A stretch of 64,000 nucleotides of DNA, taken from assembly GCA_039096225.1 (NCBI GenBank), contig JBBPEB010000014.1, positions 2,294,001-2,358,000 on the forward strand, read 5' to 3'. The stretch is from Blastocystis sp. Blastoise (taxonomy: Eukaryota > Protista > Bigyra: Opalinata). Below, in pieces: positions 60,701 through 64,000 of this stretch (the stretch's first letter is position 1; every line of letters begins with the position of its first letter). Position numbers and translations under genes: made by a program. The notes under the pieces are model-generated. The model did no database searches. It had not been told where the DNA came from and was given only the letters and a program-made list of their open reading frames with translations.

Positions 60701-62328
60701 AAATTTGTTATTAATAACATGGTCTAAGAATATCCAGGTAATACCATCATCTTCAGAACCATAAAATTTCCATTCTTTTGGATCTCGTCCAATATAATCA
60801 TTACCAGAAGTAATTTGATAAGCATTAAACCAAGTTTTAGATCCATTAGGAAGAGCAATAATAATAGTACTTGAAGTACCTTTAAATAAGTATTTAGTAG
60901 AATCAGAATTATCAGCAACATTACCACAAATTTCACTTGTATTATGGTTTTCAGCAGAACAAGTAGCAGTACCACCAGAAGTAACAACTTCACCAGCTAA
61001 AATAAGGAAATTAGAAACTTATTATGATGTTTTTTAAATATATTAAAATATTCGTTTAATAAAAATAGATTTATATAAAAAAGGTAATACACTACTAATA
61101 ATATACTATTAGAAGAAATAGGAATAGCGAAAACATCAAATACATCAGCAGTATTTAATTGAGAAGAGTGAGAGTGAATTTCAACAGCAACTGTAAAAGC
61201 AGTACCTGATGTGACATAATGAGAGGGAGGAATAAAAATTCTGTTTTTATAAATGATTATAAATATGAATTATTTCTAATAATATAGAAAAATATATACA
61301 TTTTCCAGGTAGGTTCTGTTTCAGAAGTTAATGAAGTTGTATTAGAATTCGATACACTATAAATAATATATAATAATAAATCATTATTATCTTATATATT
61401 TATTGATACAGATAAAAAATAATAATATAAATATGTTGTATTTAAATAAGCAAAAATATATATACATAGGTAAGCCAACACGAGACGCTTCAATACCATT
61501 TATATAAACGACAAAACCAGAATTGGTTTTAATACCAAAATGAATTGCATAAGTATTCATATCAACGATAGTAGTAGTAAATCTATAATAACGAGTAATA
61601 GTAGAAATAGGATGGAAAGAACCAGGAGCAAGAGAAGTCCAAGTAGAATCATCAAATGATATTTGTGTCCAAGAAGTATCAGCTTGAGCAGTAGTTGAAG
61701 TCTTCCAAGTAGCAATAGGACTAACAACCATTTTTACTATATAGAATAGCATACGATAGTAATTGTTTAGAAATGAATAAAAATGTATTATTATTATATA
61801 TAAATAATTCTTATATTTGTAATAATAATGTATACAAGTGAATTGTTGTAATTTAGTGACACCTGAAGAAATTTCACCATTACTGAGTGTCGTGTTAAAG
61901 AAGGTAATGCCGTTATAATTAATTTGAAGATAAGAACCAGCAGACCAACCATCACCGTAACTAAAATTAATATATAATTATCATTAATTTGTTTTTTATT
62001 ATATAAAAACAAAACACAATATTATTTTTTAAACTTCAAAAATACTAATGATTGCATACCTATCGTACATAGAAAGAGTGTAGACAGTATTCAATTGAAG
62101 ACAAACATCGTATTCTTTGGAAGAAATATAATTAGTCTCAGTAACTTTTCCTTCATACAAATAAGTACCAGTTGTATCAGTACCTTGAAATATTTTCCAG
62201 GATTCTTCATAACGAAATAGGCCAAACTTTCTTTTAAGAATAAAACACTGGTAGGCATTTTCACGGATATCAAAAAAACGACAAATGAGAAAAAGTAAAC
62301 AAAAAATTTTAAGACACTTTTCAGTCAT
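54752..62328 (-). CDS. Gene A': type I membrane surface protein (galactose-binding/F5-8C-like domains, He_PIG + Cys-rich tandem repeats, C-terminal TM, basic tail); native 5' end possibly disrupted at 62246
   Basis: Terminal exon of ~6.2 kb (54752-~60997) plus five or so small upstream exons. TM segment IILIVVIVILVILLILIFVL followed by KNIKKEKK. Same modules as gene A. Confidence 0.85.
55440..57140 (-). repeat. Intragenic 420-bp (140-aa) tandem repeat, ~4 copies (He_PIG + Cys-rich module)
   Basis: Equivalent sequence TCCTTCATAATT recurs on the lines starting 55801, 56221, 56641 and 57061 (exact 420-bp period). Confidence 0.92.
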
Positions 62329-63872
62329 AGCGAAAAGAGTAGCCAAAAAATAGGTTATTTTTGTCGGATATGGTCTTTCTTTTCATTCGTTCAGAATTCT
62401 TTTAGAAACGTCATTTTTTATTTATTTATCGTTGTGTGAATGATAATAAAAATATATATAACAAAAGACAATAGATAATAATAAAAAAATAATAACAATA
62501 ATAAAGATAATAAAATAATAATTATTTATAATATTTTTGAGTAATTTGATATCATTTTGGATCACTATATATACATAAATGATAGAAATGATAATAATAT
62601 AGATAACATATAAATATATACCTTTATGTATCACTTGTAGAATACCCCTTGAAGAAAAACCACAACTATAAAAATATAATTTATAAAAATAAATATATTA
62701 TAATAATATACCTTCAACCACCAAACAGACTAGACCAAGAGAAACCTCATGAAGGACCTAGAACCTATATAAAAATAAAAGTAGTTAATTTTAAAAAAAT
62801 AAAATATAATAAAATACCTTCAAAACCAGGGAGTTGTTAACCAAGGAGACCGACAACAACACCTGAACCTATAGAAGATGATAATAATAATAACAAAGAG
62901 AATGCTAAAAATATATACCTTTAATAGCACAAGATTTCTAGTTACATAGACCCCACAACTCATTGTTTAACTTTAAAGAAGAAGACCAATTAGGACCTAT
63001 TTGAATCTATTTGGATAGATCATGAAGACTATAAAGTTTAAAGCAAATAAAAAATATTATATACATCTTATAATATATAAAAAATATCTGAAAAATAAAT
63101 AAAAATAAAAATAAATATGTGAAAATATTAAATCTTAAAAATAAAGAGAAATTCCCCCTTATAAAATCTTTTTTTCTATAATAAAAGTTTGTGTAAATTC
63201 GTTGTTTCCAGGGGTTAAAACATTTTAAAATTTTCCCTTTTTCTCTATATAAAAGTCTATTTGAATTTTTAATTGATATATAAATGTTATATGTGTCTAT
63301 TAAGCTTAATTATTTAATTATAACAGATTTCCGGACTTAATTAAACAAGAAAATTGTTATTTTAATAAACTATAATTACAATTAAATATATTTGTTAGTT
63401 ATTTTTATATAATACTATTCTATTTATAATAAGAATGCAATAGAGAATCAAAATATATATTTAGTATAGCTATTGATGAAGATATAATTCGCAATTGACA
63501 ACTTTTGTTTTATAGTATGTTTTAGTTCAATGCATCATATATTATTATTAGTGAATAAATAAACTGAGAATGTCTGAGAGGTTTGTAAGTTGTTTTAGGC
63601 ATTATAAAGAAATCATAAAATATAAATAGAAACTGTATTTATGTTAAACTCCTTTTTATGTTATTCCAAAAGAATTCTTTTAAAATATTTTTATTCTCAA
63701 ATACTACAAAACAAAATGTATATAAAAAATAAATATAACACAATAAAAAATAGATAAAATAGATATTAGATAATATATATAAATATAAGTAACATATCAT
63801 TATAATACATATAATATGTATATGTAAGGAACTTCTTTCTATCCTATATATATATATGACTATAAAACTATG

Positions 63873-63911
<39 letters not shown>

Positions 63912-64000
63912 ATAAAGAGTAGATTAGTTGCGGCTGTGGGTATACCTGTTCTTTAAGGAGTATGAGAGAGTAATATATAGGGAGAAAGGAAAGGAGGATA
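62246..64000 (-). mobile_element. Possible second CACTA/CACTG-type element, inverted; other end outside the window
   Basis: The minus-strand end AAAATGCCTACCAGTG|TT resembles AAAATGTCCATAGTG|TT of the first element. It is followed inward by an ORF-poor spliced exon cluster, and a purine-rich (minus-strand pyrimidine-rich) stretch starts at ~63960. Confidence 0.45.
62525..63028 (-). ncRNA. Putative spliced non-coding transcript (cluster 3)
   Basis: Exons 63028/62996-62919, 62868-62818, 62764-62712, 62665-62622 and 62564 onward, all with TAG/GTAT borders. Exon 62764-62712 has stops in all frames; the spliced ORF found is ~37 aa. Confidence 0.55.

Noticed and set aside
60427-60993. Apparent break or frameshift upstream of the 1960-aa ORF
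   Set aside because: The frame is open through to the acceptor near 60997; the ORF track merely starts at the first TTG.

Overview
Very AT-rich, intron-dense eukaryotic DNA. Introns are mostly short GTATAT...ATATAG types of about 40-100 nt, and genes end in standard TAA stops. The gene families suggest a Blastocystis-like stramenopile or similar protist, but this is inference only. Seven protein genes lie in a mirror-like order: A(+) B(-) C(-) D(-) C'(+) B'(+) A'(-). A and A' are large surface proteins with galactose-binding/F5-8C-like, He_PIG and Cys-rich domains. B and B' are BTB-like + TLDc proteins. C and C' are BTB-like + LRR-like proteins. D is an ~18.8-kb single-pass receptor-like gene (fibro-slime/PA14, Ig-like, Cys repeats). 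Between A and B sit two adjacent non-autonomous DNA-transposon-like insertions: a 2.1-kb element with 56-60-bp TIRs, and an 8.8-kb CACTA...TAGTG element. The empty site for both is preserved downstream of paralog B'. The CACTA element has no transposase. It carries spliced but ORF-poor exon clusters, a ~3.9-kb polypyrimidine tract and a tRNA-like fold. A probable second, inverted element with similar cargo starts at CACTG 62246, inside the 5' end of A', and runs off the window. All alignments and exon calls were made by eye.
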